Source: a virus
Strand: one strand, 5' to 3'
IMG/VR virus record: IMGVR_UViG_3300045988_161114
Span: 64,001-128,000 of that record
Length of the DNA: 64,000 nt
The translations under genes were made by a program, and so were the position numbers. Every line of letters begins with the position of its first letter. Position 1 is the first letter of the stretch. This document shows, in pieces, positions 18,801 to 27,994 of the stretch. Below the pieces are notes generated by a model. The model saw only the letters and a list, made by a program, of their open reading frames with translations, was not told where the DNA came from and did no database searches.

Positions 18801-20884
18801 TCAGCAGACACTAATCCTAATTCAGACATAGCATATCCATACATAGCATTTTTGTATGAATGCTTATCTAGAATTATTGCATTCGATTTCAAGTCTCCAA
18901 ACAATTTGACAATATTATCATCATTATTTGATAGAGAAGATGTTCCTGCTCCAATTAACTTGTATTTACCGCCTGAATTTACAGCACCAGATAGCTCTAC
19001 AGTTTCAAAATGTCTTGGTGCTCTAATCTCTTCTCCATTAGAGAATCCTATAAGCTCTCCACCTTTGAATGATACTGGGCCTTCATTAGTGCCATTTATA
19101 AGAGATTGTATTTTTTCAGTAGCATCACTAGCAGCTATAAAGTCTTTGCCGCCAAGTGTTACTGTAGTGGCTTTCTTAACAGTGTAATCTGACTCTTGTA
19201 TTATTGATTGACCATCGCCTATAGCTGTGCCTGTAACCCAGCTTCCTAAGCTATAGTTATAATCATATCCTACAGCATTAAATCCTATATTTTTAACGCC
19301 ATTAAATGATGACGTATCTACTCCATTTTTAGATAGTTCCATAACAGCTTTGCTTAGATTATCTTCTCCTCCTGATGTAGAAATATTACCACGTGAAGCA
19401 TATGTTGCATCACGGTCAGGAGATGATACTATACCAGTATATACAGAGTTATTATTGTCACCCATGAATACCTTTGCCTGATCAGAATGTCGTATATTGT
19501 TGAATCCAGGATTTAGACCGTTTCTAAGTCTATCAAGCTCTATGTTTTCTACAATATTTTTATACTCTTCGGCGTTGATATTCTTTATACCTCTTATTTC
19601 TCCAGTCCTATCGTCCCTATAAAATTGCTCACTTATATTTGTAAGTTTATTTTTTATAGGCATATCAGATATATTGACAAGATCTGTTTTAGGTCCTACA
19701 TATTCTATTCTGTCAGAGAATTTTTTAGATACTTCATTAAGAGGTTTATTAGTATTGAGGTGCTCAAACAGCATTGACTCTACAGGAGTAAATGCTTGTG
19801 ATTTTACTTCTTGTGCAGATGTAGAAAATGGTCCACTAGTATTAGTGTATATATTCCCTTTTACTTTTGTGCCATCACCAAGCAATTGAAATTGATTATA
19901 AGATTCGGCAGAGTATATATTGCCGCCTTTTGATACAAATTTGGAGCCATCTTTACTGTACTCTTCCATATGCAGAGAGCCAGTAACACCATCTTTAGTG
20001 ATACTTATTTTACTATCTTCAAAGCTTATCTTGCTGTTTTCTGTATTATTGCCTATATTAGATGCTATTCTAAATGCATCTATTTCTGGATAATTCAGCT
20101 CTTTTACGAGATACTCTTTTATTGCACTGGTCTTCTGTTCAGATGTAGCACTAATATTTAAATCTAATGATTTACCTCTATTAAAGTTTGTTTCTGGAAC
20201 ACTAGACAAATTTAACTTCTGTAAGTTTGAAGTAGGGATAAGTAATCCTGTTTCTGCGTCTACTACACCTGTTATTGCATTAGGCATCGATGAACTTAGC
20301 AGCGCAGATAATATGTTTTTATCTTTTACGTGGGCCGGAAGCGACTGTTTTATTTGCTCAAGATTCTTATTGTTAAGCCATGAATCAAATATATTATTAA
20401 ATAGGTCTTCGCCTAAAACAGATGATATATCTTGTCCATATATCATAGAGAAGTTTCTTTTAACAGCCTCTTTATATGATTGCATACCCTTCTGGGTTAA
20501 TTTATGCATTTCAGACAACGCCACTTGAGCTTCTCTGCTGCTAGTATTGTTACCAAATCTACCTATATTTAAAGATGCATAAGCTTGTGAACTTAGATTC
20601 ATATGCATCTCTTTTGCATTTCTAGCAAACTTCTCAGTAAACCTGTTTGCTGCCCTTCTGGATAATCCTCTGTATCCAGAAAGGTCAGCTTTATTAAATG
20701 CTATATCGTCAGCTATTTCTCTTTTCGCTCTAGAGATTCTTTTAGATATTTGAAGAGAATTGCCAACATAAGCACCTATGCCCATACCTAATGCTGCTGC
20801 TATAGGATGGTCTTCTGGGTCTTGAGACATTGCGCCTAATATTGCTCCGCCTATCATAAGTTTAGGTTGTTTAATTGGATCCAT
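15890..20884 (-). CDS. giant tail-module protein (1664 aa) containing an RNA-polymerase-like double-psi beta-barrel with a DxDxD loop
   Basis: ATG start. Hydrophobic Gly/Ala segments occur at both termini (MIGGAILGAM..., ...SILLGGLGLGIVGLTVGA). Residues 1169-1284 align motif by motif with the beta-prime catalytic DPBB (see the sub-feature and findings). Confidence 0.6.
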   Translation of the reverse strand: MDPIKQPKLMIGGAILGAMSQDPEDHPIAAALGMGIGAYVGNSLQISKRISRAKREIADDIAFNKADLSGYRGLSRRAANRFTEKFARNAKEMHMNLSSQAYASLNIGRFGNNTSSREAQVALSEMHKLTQKGMQSYKEAVKRNFSMIYGQDISSVLGEDLFNNIFDSWLNNKNLEQIKQSLPAHVKDKNILSALLSSSMPNAITGVVDAETGLLIPTSNLQKLNLSSVPETNFNRGKSLDLNISATSEQKTSAIKEYLVKELNYPEIDAFRIASNIGNNTENSKISFEDSKISITKDGVTGSLHMEEYSKDGSKFVSKGGNIYSAESYNQFQLLGDGTKVKGNIYTNTSGPFSTSAQEVKSQAFTPVESMLFEHLNTNKPLNEVSKKFSDRIEYVGPKTDLVNISDMPIKNKLTNISEQFYRDDRTGEIRGIKNINAEEYKNIVENIELDRLRNGLNPGFNNIRHSDQAKVFMGDNNNSVYTGIVSSPDRDATYASRGNISTSGGEDNLSKAVMELSKNGVDTSSFNGVKNIGFNAVGYDYNYSLGSWVTGTAIGDGQSIIQESDYTVKKATTVTLGGKDFIAASDATEKIQSLINGTNEGPVSFKGGELIGFSNGEEIRAPRHFETVELSGAVNSGGKYKLIGAGTSSLSNNDDNIVKLFGDLKSNAIILDKHSYKNAMYGYAMSELGLVSADKTNGLKFSINKMAKIGKANFHALVTGLMASDEELQSYGEGTKKYFKRLLSLVANSDDKNATKIREYLERNSGINFTSQWMVRSSDTKIGSDITEIDRAIRKYRYSPDQVSLKNIVNRIVDNTELDSDGRISPAGREFVRIKKEIDASGKISDVNQSKIIGAAFANNAMSDGKSSQTAMATMIDMISKVGSQANSPITLNLAGGDIHIDPNNIEKGLAKYIEQSSSRMIDYSNGRISPEDMFKSLQDDFANIYETMRKKNMTALGLSSFGVLQEGTRELTGANTSKATMDWMAADQLKAAGVSIDSLELIGEANEDSRYELRSRKLQNIVDGQSIDSIFGDDPKSIRALFEAKDREEFAAKHLKDMINNDGVASVKLIVPEGMSSKKIGLRSLSINLLNSDNSGIKDIHGSDIMAETDKLKRNVLVSMMEYQRAMRDGENSRYIDIAKQSYLTDLEELKSKLKSTNTTIAKAATRRTARNGVTATAVSLTGAAEIIRAQEEKAGRNAVFINEETARSLGFKLNRKSKTPYAIKDSLGLAIRTPASSSLSAQAVTFFVDPSIKQKGTVIAMGENQLASASGDLDDDKIHVFRADDLNNNKVNKELRDLMSLQNNIFVNEKNFLKTFNTKMAEMEQYGVVNPLKSGAKTVAEDQFQENILKQVKSQQRKFSAAEITEFQQLLSQAIERKRGSDLSDAVKALGVSDPSRKLIEESINKRALMAQAVAGAMQENVLKTVRSGSNANSLLETIASMRESAGKSRFASYDEIGEWVKNVIPEIFTGADEFVDIGKFIGDAVSTHGADITINSPNMVGSKYSGKEADKIEAAIPRIPKSTAREVNLSEEVLSKAATNATIDTATDIGNQIISTIKANKKSILLGGLGLGIVGLTVGAESPTTTSPMYNSPTARTNPTLPVIENNSAYITDGAQAQSVSVAGYQIDNRSNDRLKQSLRSMLQGDSASRSTIRFQNQNY
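17030..17380 (-). other. beta-prime-type DPBB-like segment with the metal-binding loop D1275-L-D1277-D-D1279
   Basis: Four motifs align with E. coli beta-prime. RRTARNGVTATAVSL (1169-1183) matches KRVDYSGRSVITVGP. NAVFINEETARSLGF (1200-1214) matches HQCGLPKKMALELF. RTPASSSLSAQAVTFFV (1235-1251) matches RAPTLHRLGIQAFEPVL, and also yeast Rpb1 RQPSLHKMSMMAHRVKV. ASASGDLDDDKIHVF (1270-1284) matches AAYNADFDGDQMAVHV. The DLDDD codons were verified at 17048-17062. Confidence 0.55.
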
Positions 20885-20889
20885 TTTTA

Positions 20890-23800
20890 TTACCTATTAT
20901 ATATAGTCATATCGAAATCACCATGACCACTATTGCTTATATTGACATTTACTGCTCTTACGCCATTACGATATAGTTCATCTTTTATCATATTCACAGC
21001 ATCAAACCTTTGTTGGGCCTTAGTTCTTCTAATAGATTTAAGCTGAGTTGTAACCTGATCTTCTGCAAGTATTGCTGATTGTCTTTTTAGATCGTCTTGG
21101 TCATCTTCGTAATAACCAAATTCTATGGCATTCTCACCACCTATATTTAATGTTCTAAGTTTTATATCTTTGACATTTAATCTAGGGTCCCATCCTGCAA
21201 ACTTCTCATCAGGCATTCCTGTTGCATCGACTATTAATTGCTCTGCTCTTCTTTCTTGTAGGTATTCTCTAAATGATATACCTATGTCGGCATCGCCACT
21301 TCTTTTATATGCACCATAAACTTGTGAGTTATTTTGTATAAGTTGCTGCTCTTCATCTTGTAGATATTCTGAGACATCTCCGCCGGATTCAATTACATCT
21401 TTACGGCTCCACAACATCTTGTACATTTCTGATACATTGTTTCCATCAACAATAGCAGCAATACGTTGTCTATCAGAGTCCTTTGCATTTACAAATGATG
21501 TAAAATACTGTTTCTCTTCGCTGGATAATCCCATATATGCAGAACTTACATCTTTTTCGGTATCAAGTCCTGATGCCAATGCACCGTATGTAGTCTTGTA
21601 AGCTTTTGCCTTTGCCTGATTCGCTATAAATAAATTGCCTTTAACATTTTCTCTATAAACTTTCATTTGTTTATAGTATTCCAATGCTTCAAAGTAATTA
21701 TCTATATTACGTTTTTCTTGTGTATGCTCTGGTATATATGATTTATCAAATGATTTATAGCTTTCCTCAAAGAATGGTCTTATGAAATGTTTAAATGGTT
21801 CATTCCATAATGCTGTATCAGAAGCTATTAACTGAGTTTTCTCGTAATCTTCTATAGCTGTTCTTTGGTGTAGTAACTTACCGGCAGGTCTGAAGAATGT
21901 TAATCTCTCTGTCGGTAGTTCTGCATTATGAGTTATTGTTTCCCATAACTTACCAAGAACCTCTCCACCAACAGATACATTATCAAAATCTTCATCAGTC
22001 TTATACTCTGCAAATGTTTTCTTTTGCGCTCTTCTTTGTAACTGATCCCAAGTATTCTCGAATATTCTTTTCTCGGACTCTGTCATTTCACCAGAGTTAT
22101 ATCTAGACTCCATTAACTCTTTTGCATTGTAGAATTCACTTGAGCCGTATGCTACATCTGATAGAACTTTAAATTTATGTATATCAGGATATTCTTCTAA
22201 ACTCAATCCTGCAACTTCTGGATTGTAATGTTCATATCCTGCACCTGGCATTCTATCATAGCCAAGTTCTACATTTGCGTAGTAGTTACCTTTTGAGAAA
22301 TCTGTGTAATATTCTCCTCTGGGAAGCCAAGATGGAGCAACACTGTTATGTAAAGGATTTGCTCTATCATACAATACACTAGATGACATTGGAACTATAC
22401 GACGCAGTATATCCGCTGCGCCAAATAAACCACCAAGGTTTTGTTCAGTAAATTCTCTTGCAAAGTTTGTTGATTCACCTGACCTTGCTAACTGGTTCTT
22501 TTGAGAAAAATCGCCTACAGCAAAATCACTTAGCACACCAGATACTGCCCATCCTTTAAGACCTATAAAGTCTGATGCAGAGTTATAGATATATTGTGCT
22601 GATTCTGCATATGGAGAGTATGTAAGGTTCTTACGCCCAGTAATCATTTTGTCATTTATCAATGACTGTTCTACATTTGAATAGTTTACTGGAACTTCAA
22701 AACTTGGTTTTCTTGTTATATCTCCAAAATTATATGCAAATGCATATGAGTTCTCATCACTAACATAGTAGTCCTGTGGTACTGACTGAAGATTTTCCAT
22801 CAGCTGAGCCATGTTAGGATTTATTCTATCTGGTTTAATTATTTGACCTATTGTACGTTCAAATATTTTACCGGCCCAACCACCTACTGATACGTCCATA
22901 CCCCATATTGGATATGGCATATCATCTTGGTGCATTTCTTCAAATCTATATGGATTTTGTAAATAATCTATTGGATTAAGGAATGGATTTAGGTCTTCTT
23001 TGGTGTCTCCATCGCCATAAAGAATTTTATCTTTATTGCCTGCAATTAATCTTTGATACCAGTTCTTAGTGAAGTATTTTACACCGCCACCCTCTATATC
23101 CGTAGACCCAGAGAACCATAATGCATTTGATCTTTGTTCAACATCTTCACCGTATAGATATCTGTCTTTTAACGAATCTGATGATTCACCAGCTAAAGCA
23201 CCAGGAAGAAATGGTAATGCTAATGCTAGTCCAGCTAGTGCACCTCTCATTGCCCATTTTTTAGTATTAGCTATTCTGCCTAATGATGATCCTATCGGCG
23301 TATTACTTACAAGCTTAGATACGCTAGAGTTTATAACATCACCCTCTGCATGAGCAACCCTTTGTCCAGCTTTATATCCATCATCTGACAACACAGATGG
23401 AACTACACGTTTACTGTAAGCTACAGTACCGGCAAGCATTGCTCCTGCTAATGGGAATCCAGCTAGTCTTAGTAACGATGTTGAACCAGGGGCTACATAT
23501 TCTTGTTGAGTTGTATACTCTTCAAACCTATCAGATACTGTTTCTGCATATGCTATTCTAGCATTTACTGCTGTTGTTGCTACACCTTCTAATATACCCT
23601 GGTCATATCCGCTTCCACTTGTACCGATTACTTTAGCCATATTATCCAGTGTATAATATGCTGCACCAAGTATACCAAGTTTTACTGCACCATGTTTAAC
23701 ATATCCAACTGCCAAGTCTGATATTTTCATATCAGCATTTGCATGTCTATTTATTCTTCCATATTTATTTATAAATCTAAATATACCATTATTTTCATTA

Positions 23801-24711
23801 AACAGTGTTCCGCCAAGTTCTTGAACGAATCCTAATGGCTCGTTGACCATATTGAAGCCTTGAGCTATACCTTGTCCTATTACAGATTTAATCCATCCCT
23901 TATTTATATTAGCGTCTTTTGCATCTGCAATTATTGTAAATGGAGCTTCTGTATCAAGAATATTTTTAGACAATTCAAATATTTCTTTTCTAGAAGAAAA
24001 GCTCATATCCTGCTGATGTATAATATGTCTTCTTAGTATTTTATTATACATTGAACTTTGAGCATGGCCATTTGTATGACCTGTCCATTCTGATGTAACA
24101 AGTCTTGCATTGCTTATTACTTCTTCATCACTAGAAGAAAATAATTTACCATCTCTGTATAACAGCCCGGTAGATATGTCCGCCGATGTTATACCTCTGT
24201 TGCCATATTTATGTGCTAATTCTTCAAAATATTTCTTTTGATGTTTTAATAGTTCAGGAGTGAAGAAATGCTCACCATTTTGAGTTGCAAATGGCTGCAT
24301 TATATGAGAAGTCTGGAATGTTCTTAAAATAGAAAAAGGGGAGAGTTCCTCAAACGCCCTAGCAGTGTTCATTGCTAAGTTTGTTAAGGTGACTCTCCCG
24401 CCGTATGATCGGATAGCATCATCTGCTGTTCCATTAATTGATTCAGATAAATAACTTAGAGTTATGTAATCTCTAATTTTATTTTGTGCGCTTTGCCTTT
24501 TTAGTATCTCTTTTACCGTAAATAATGCACCTGCTGATAATCCATACTTTGTTATAGAGCCTATTATTTCTTTTGTAGCCTGTATCTCTTCATATGTATT
24601 TACATCATCTGATGTATACATATTATATGGGGATTTAACATCCCCTGGTTGTATTCCCTTATCAAATACTTTTTGGCCAAAAATATTTGCAGCTAGATTT
24701 TGTACTGACAT
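20890..24711 (-). CDS. giant tail-module protein (1273 aa), tape-measure / ejected-protein candidate
   Basis: ATG start. First gene after the chaperone-slot genes. Has an internal hydrophobic Gly/Ala segment (GALAGLALALPFLPGALAG). No enzymatic motif recognised. Confidence 0.6.
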   Translation of the reverse strand: MSVQNLAANIFGQKVFDKGIQPGDVKSPYNMYTSDDVNTYEEIQATKEIIGSITKYGLSAGALFTVKEILKRQSAQNKIRDYITLSYLSESINGTADDAIRSYGGRVTLTNLAMNTARAFEELSPFSILRTFQTSHIMQPFATQNGEHFFTPELLKHQKKYFEELAHKYGNRGITSADISTGLLYRDGKLFSSSDEEVISNARLVTSEWTGHTNGHAQSSMYNKILRRHIIHQQDMSFSSRKEIFELSKNILDTEAPFTIIADAKDANINKGWIKSVIGQGIAQGFNMVNEPLGFVQELGGTLFNENNGIFRFINKYGRINRHANADMKISDLAVGYVKHGAVKLGILGAAYYTLDNMAKVIGTSGSGYDQGILEGVATTAVNARIAYAETVSDRFEEYTTQQEYVAPGSTSLLRLAGFPLAGAMLAGTVAYSKRVVPSVLSDDGYKAGQRVAHAEGDVINSSVSKLVSNTPIGSSLGRIANTKKWAMRGALAGLALALPFLPGALAGESSDSLKDRYLYGEDVEQRSNALWFSGSTDIEGGGVKYFTKNWYQRLIAGNKDKILYGDGDTKEDLNPFLNPIDYLQNPYRFEEMHQDDMPYPIWGMDVSVGGWAGKIFERTIGQIIKPDRINPNMAQLMENLQSVPQDYYVSDENSYAFAYNFGDITRKPSFEVPVNYSNVEQSLINDKMITGRKNLTYSPYAESAQYIYNSASDFIGLKGWAVSGVLSDFAVGDFSQKNQLARSGESTNFAREFTEQNLGGLFGAADILRRIVPMSSSVLYDRANPLHNSVAPSWLPRGEYYTDFSKGNYYANVELGYDRMPGAGYEHYNPEVAGLSLEEYPDIHKFKVLSDVAYGSSEFYNAKELMESRYNSGEMTESEKRIFENTWDQLQRRAQKKTFAEYKTDEDFDNVSVGGEVLGKLWETITHNAELPTERLTFFRPAGKLLHQRTAIEDYEKTQLIASDTALWNEPFKHFIRPFFEESYKSFDKSYIPEHTQEKRNIDNYFEALEYYKQMKVYRENVKGNLFIANQAKAKAYKTTYGALASGLDTEKDVSSAYMGLSSEEKQYFTSFVNAKDSDRQRIAAIVDGNNVSEMYKMLWSRKDVIESGGDVSEYLQDEEQQLIQNNSQVYGAYKRSGDADIGISFREYLQERRAEQLIVDATGMPDEKFAGWDPRLNVKDIKLRTLNIGGENAIEFGYYEDDQDDLKRQSAILAEDQVTTQLKSIRRTKAQQRFDAVNMIKDELYRNGVRAVNVNISNSGHGDFDMTIYNR

Positions 24712-24713
24712 GA

Positions 24714-25244
24714 TTACACCGGAGGAACATTATTCTGTGGTTCTTCTATATTTATTTCTTTTATATGCTCTGGATATGTTGCATGACATATAGCATATAA
24801 TTCAAATAATTTATTTACTGGAAGTTCTACAACTTCTAAGTATGGAGTGTGCATATATCTAGAAACTATTGCAGCCATTTGGTCTAGTAGAGTTACCGAC
24901 TCCCTGTCTCTTTCAAATGCCTTTTGTGGATCTTGTGCATATTCTAATGACTTAGATAATATTACACTAGATACAGTTGTTATGAATCCTGCAGGTGCCT
25001 CATCGAAGTTTACATCTCCTACTATTCCTGGAATGGAGATATAGCATTCTCTGAATATATCTTCGTATAGCTCTTCTCTTACATAGCCTTTTTCTAGATC
25101 CATTCTCAGTATTCTCTGTATCTCTACAGAATTAAGTAGTCTAGCTATTACTATAAGATTTCTATAAATATATCCGCCCAATTCTATATCAGTATCATTA
25201 AATGGAATTATTATACTTCCAGATTTGACACCTATTGCATTCAT
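24714..25244 (-). CDS. hypothetical protein in the tail-assembly-chaperone slot (176 aa)
   Basis: ATG start. Lies between the tube genes and the giant ORFs. The functional call is by position only. Confidence 0.45.
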   Translation of the reverse strand: MNAIGVKSGSIIIPFNDTDIELGGYIYRNLIVIARLLNSVEIQRILRMDLEKGYVREELYEDIFRECYISIPGIVGDVNFDEAPAGFITTVSSVILSKSLEYAQDPQKAFERDRESVTLLDQMAAIVSRYMHTPYLEVVELPVNKLFELYAICHATYPEHIKEINIEEPQNNVPPV

Positions 25245-25245
25245 A

Positions 25246-25740
25246 TTAAATTACCTTTATTTGACTTAAAGCTAATGATTCAGGTACAAATGAAGATTTG
25301 TACATTATCTGCTCTTTTAATGATGATACAACACCAGCACTTGATGTTGCCATAAATTTTTCATCTGGCTTAGGGTACAACAGACATTTCTTAACTATTG
25401 CCTCTTCGCCACGAAGTGCTTCGTTTAAGAATCCGCTTTTCATAAGCTGTTTATATTCTTGTCGTCTTAATGTACGCCATAAATATAAATCTGATTCATT
25501 TAGAATAGTTGATATATGAATTACGCCATATTGTGCTTTCCAGTTTTCGATATCTGCTTCTGTTGGAGCATTTTCAAGATTAGCTAATGTCTTAACTATT
25601 AAAGACATTTCCGACTCTTCTTGTACCTCTTTGTCTTTTTCTTCTTCTAGACGTTGAGATATTTCTATTGCCTCTTCAACAGTAAGGTCATCTTCTGGTA
25701 GCGTGCTTAATCCTTTTACTTCTTCTACTGTTAATGCCAT
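25246..25740 (-). CDS. hypothetical acidic protein in the tail-assembly-chaperone slot (164 aa)
   Basis: ATG start. Acidic N-terminus (EEEKDKEVQEESE). The functional call is by position only. Confidence 0.45.
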   Translation of the reverse strand: MALTVEEVKGLSTLPEDDLTVEEAIEISQRLEEEKDKEVQEESEMSLIVKTLANLENAPTEADIENWKAQYGVIHISTILNESDLYLWRTLRRQEYKQLMKSGFLNEALRGEEAIVKKCLLYPKPDEKFMATSSAGVVSSLKEQIMYKSSFVPESLALSQIKVI

Positions 25741-25741
25741 T

Positions 25742-26566
25742 TTATCCTCTTACTTCTTTTGCTATGAATCTGTAGCCATCAACTAATTGACCATCGCTAC
25801 CTATATCGACACTGGTTTCAAACCCTATTATTCTTATTTCTTGTATATCAACATATTGTCTTACGCCAGACATAGTTGGGTCACCATTATTATAAGAAAT
25901 TGTGATATTAAAAGTGTCAAGGTCGGCCCAGTCTAATACCGACTTATTGGAAACTTTACCAATTTCCATTGCCGTCTCTTTCTCTTTGTATACTCTTAAT
26001 TCTTCTGATGTAAGCTGCATTTGTTCATATGGTGTAAGTCTTCTGAACTCAGAGGTTTTATTTATATTGTCTAATACTCTTGGCAAATAGTCTTTATTGC
26101 ACTTGTTTATTGATATAAAACCAGTTACCATATTGTTTCCTCTTGATAGGAAACTATATCTAGAATTACCTATAGTATATATTGGTACACTAGATAGTGA
26201 CTCATTTATGCCTATGCCGGAAACCTTATCAAGCCATATATCTTCTATGTATATCATACAATCGCTTGACGAGTAATATTTATTATATAGTCCATTTACA
26301 AATCCATGTCCCTGCAAAGGCCTTTTGCCTTTTACATTAACTTCTTTTAATTGAACATAGTCTATAGGATTTGCTCTTGAACCTTTGTTTGCATTATTAG
26401 ACGCATTTACGGCTCTTGCTGTAGCCTTTGGACTGGCTCCACTACTTGTTTCACCAGTCCCTGAATTTACGGTAGTTAATGATACACTTCCATCTCTATT
26501 TTCAGACGCATAAACTGTATCTACAGTTCCATCATCTCTGTCTACGACTGCTGTTATTGTACTCAT
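25742..26566 (-). CDS. tail tube paralogue 3 (274 aa) with a low-complexity N-terminal extension
   Basis: SVPIYTIGNSRYSFLSRGNNMVTGFISIN aligns with tube APVFTMGSPDAKAIARGKRYVSGACIFTV. The C-terminal ...YRFIAKEV aligns with tube ...MSFIAKRV. Confidence 0.55.
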   Translation of the reverse strand: MSTITAVVDRDDGTVDTVYASENRDGSVSLTTVNSGTGETSSGASPKATARAVNASNNANKGSRANPIDYVQLKEVNVKGKRPLQGHGFVNGLYNKYYSSSDCMIYIEDIWLDKVSGIGINESLSSVPIYTIGNSRYSFLSRGNNMVTGFISINKCNKDYLPRVLDNINKTSEFRRLTPYEQMQLTSEELRVYKEKETAMEIGKVSNKSVLDWADLDTFNITISYNNGDPTMSGVRQYVDIQEIRIIGFETSVDIGSDGQLVDGYRFIAKEVRG

Positions 26567-26569
26567 TTA

Positions 26570-27967
26570 CTATCCTGATTTCTTATTTGTCTTACGCCAT
26601 ACAGAAGGCATAACAACTGTATTGCCAGTTCCCCATAGCCCTCTTTTTTCTCTTTTTGCGGCTAATGCAGCTTCATTAAGCTTGGCTCTTTTATCTTCTG
26701 ATTCGCCAATCTGTTTAACACCAGCATCCATATAATGCGCTGTTCCAGCTGATACTGCTGCTAATACATAATTATAATTATACACTAGAGTACGGCCATA
26801 AACATCTGTGCCTGCAATTTTTACTACGCCATCTTTTACATCTTGATCCCATTTGCCAGACTTAACATACTCCTTCATAAAGTCTGAAGCCTTATACCCA
26901 TACTCTTGTGGCTTAAGATCTCTATGCTCAGTCTCTGGTGTATCTATACCTAAAAGACGTATAGTGAATTTACCTTTATAATCGCTTCCTGTTGATGTTT
27001 TTACGCCACCATTCCATACTAAGGTGTCGCCGTCGTCTACTTCAAACTTATCGCCTTTATCTAGTGCAGTAAGTGATGACGAGTCTATATCCTGTGATTT
27101 TGGATATACATATTTTTTAGTGCCACCATTTGTATATGGATCGCTTTTATATATTCTATACTCGTAAGGAAGGGATTCCAAATTGTAATTAGGATCCTCT
27201 CCTAATCCTGCTAATTGAGATAATGTTGATATAACCTTTTGCTCATCTGGTGTAATTTGTCCATCAAGATTAGCCTGGTTTTTATATTTTTCAAGTGCGT
27301 TTTTAAACCACTCTTGATCTGGATTTGTATTAGATTTATCTGATTTATATTTTGTATTAGATTTGTCTGATAGCTCAGATGCTTTCTTTCCTGTGCTACC
27401 AGTAGTTATATTGTACTTTGTAGAATTCAAACTTTCAAGAGTCTGTCTAGCATCGCGTGCTACAAATGATATTGTATTTTCAACAATAAGGTCTTGTATA
27501 GAATGTACTTGACCGGAATTAATTAGTGTCGCGCCATATATTATTTCAGATACGGAGAAGTTGCCGTATTCAGAACTTAATACTATTATTATATCGAATG
27601 GCAATATATCATCCATCATAAGATGGTGATATGTTTTAGAGTTTTCATATTTTAATGCGTATATAGAATCTATATCTTTATTCAATCCTATATCTTTTGA
27701 TACTTCATTTAAGAATGCCCTTAAATCATCATTTAGGAACATTGCTTTTATAATAGAGCCCGCTACATATCTTTTGCCAATAGCAAACCCGTCGATATTG
27801 GTGTTCCCTAAATTATAGACAGGTACTTTATCCCTGTATGTCTGATATGAGAGAGATATCAAACTTCCCATATATAGTGCGCCGTATCCAGGGAAGTTAA
27901 AAATAATGTGGGTGGCATCGCCACCCACTGAATGATACTCTCCCTTTCGTATATTGTCATATGACAT
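26570..27967 (-). CDS. tail tube paralogue 2 fused to a C-terminal staphylococcal-nuclease (SNase/thermonuclease) domain (465 aa)
   Basis: The N-terminal 175 aa align with the tube protein (EYHSVGG, KVPVYNLG...GKRYVAGSII, PFDIIIVLSSEYG...IYGATL...SFVARDA). The C-terminal domain carries SNase signatures. Confidence 0.8.
   Translation of the reverse strand: MSYDNIRKGEYHSVGGDATHIIFNFPGYGALYMGSLISLSYQTYRDKVPVYNLGNTNIDGFAIGKRYVAGSIIKAMFLNDDLRAFLNEVSKDIGLNKDIDSIYALKYENSKTYHHLMMDDILPFDIIIVLSSEYGNFSVSEIIYGATLINSGQVHSIQDLIVENTISFVARDARQTLESLNSTKYNITTGSTGKKASELSDKSNTKYKSDKSNTNPDQEWFKNALEKYKNQANLDGQITPDEQKVISTLSQLAGLGEDPNYNLESLPYEYRIYKSDPYTNGGTKKYVYPKSQDIDSSSLTALDKGDKFEVDDGDTLVWNGGVKTSTGSDYKGKFTIRLLGIDTPETEHRDLKPQEYGYKASDFMKEYVKSGKWDQDVKDGVVKIAGTDVYGRTLVYNYNYVLAAVSAGTAHYMDAGVKQIGESEDKRAKLNEAALAAKREKRGLWGTGNTVVMPSVWRKTNKKSG
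26630..27055 (-). other. SNase (micrococcal nuclease-like) domain
   Basis: DDGDTLVW...FTIRLLGIDTPETEH...QEYGYKASDFMKEYV...GTDVYGRTLVY...AALAAKREKRGLWG parallels S. aureus nuclease (IDGDTVKL...FRLLLVDTPETKHP...EKYGPEASAFTKKMV...TDKYGRGLAYIY...AQAKKEKLNIW). Confidence 0.85.
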
Positions 27968-27994
27968 ATGTGGCTCCGAAAGGATTAGTAGTTA

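Noticed and set aside
9888-20528. Many plus-strand ORFs of 60-160 aa inside the giant genes (e.g. 9888-10373, 17046-17453, 17670-18113, 18750-19187)
   Set aside because: They lie antisense to long, uninterrupted minus-strand ORFs with clear domain content. They have low-complexity composition and mostly non-ATG starts.
23711-23748. RHANADMKISD in the 1273-aa protein as a possible NADFDGD-like polymerase motif
   Set aside because: Only one aspartate of the DxDxD triad is in register. None of the flanking DPBB motifs (R-x-P, G-x-S/T-x-x-x-V) is present.
24714-25740. Programmed -1 frameshift between the two chaperone-slot genes (as in the G/GT system)
   Set aside because: The genes are separated by a normal stop and an ATG 1 nt apart. 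No X-XXY-YYZ slippery heptamer was seen near the end of the upstream gene, and there is no extended overlapping frame.
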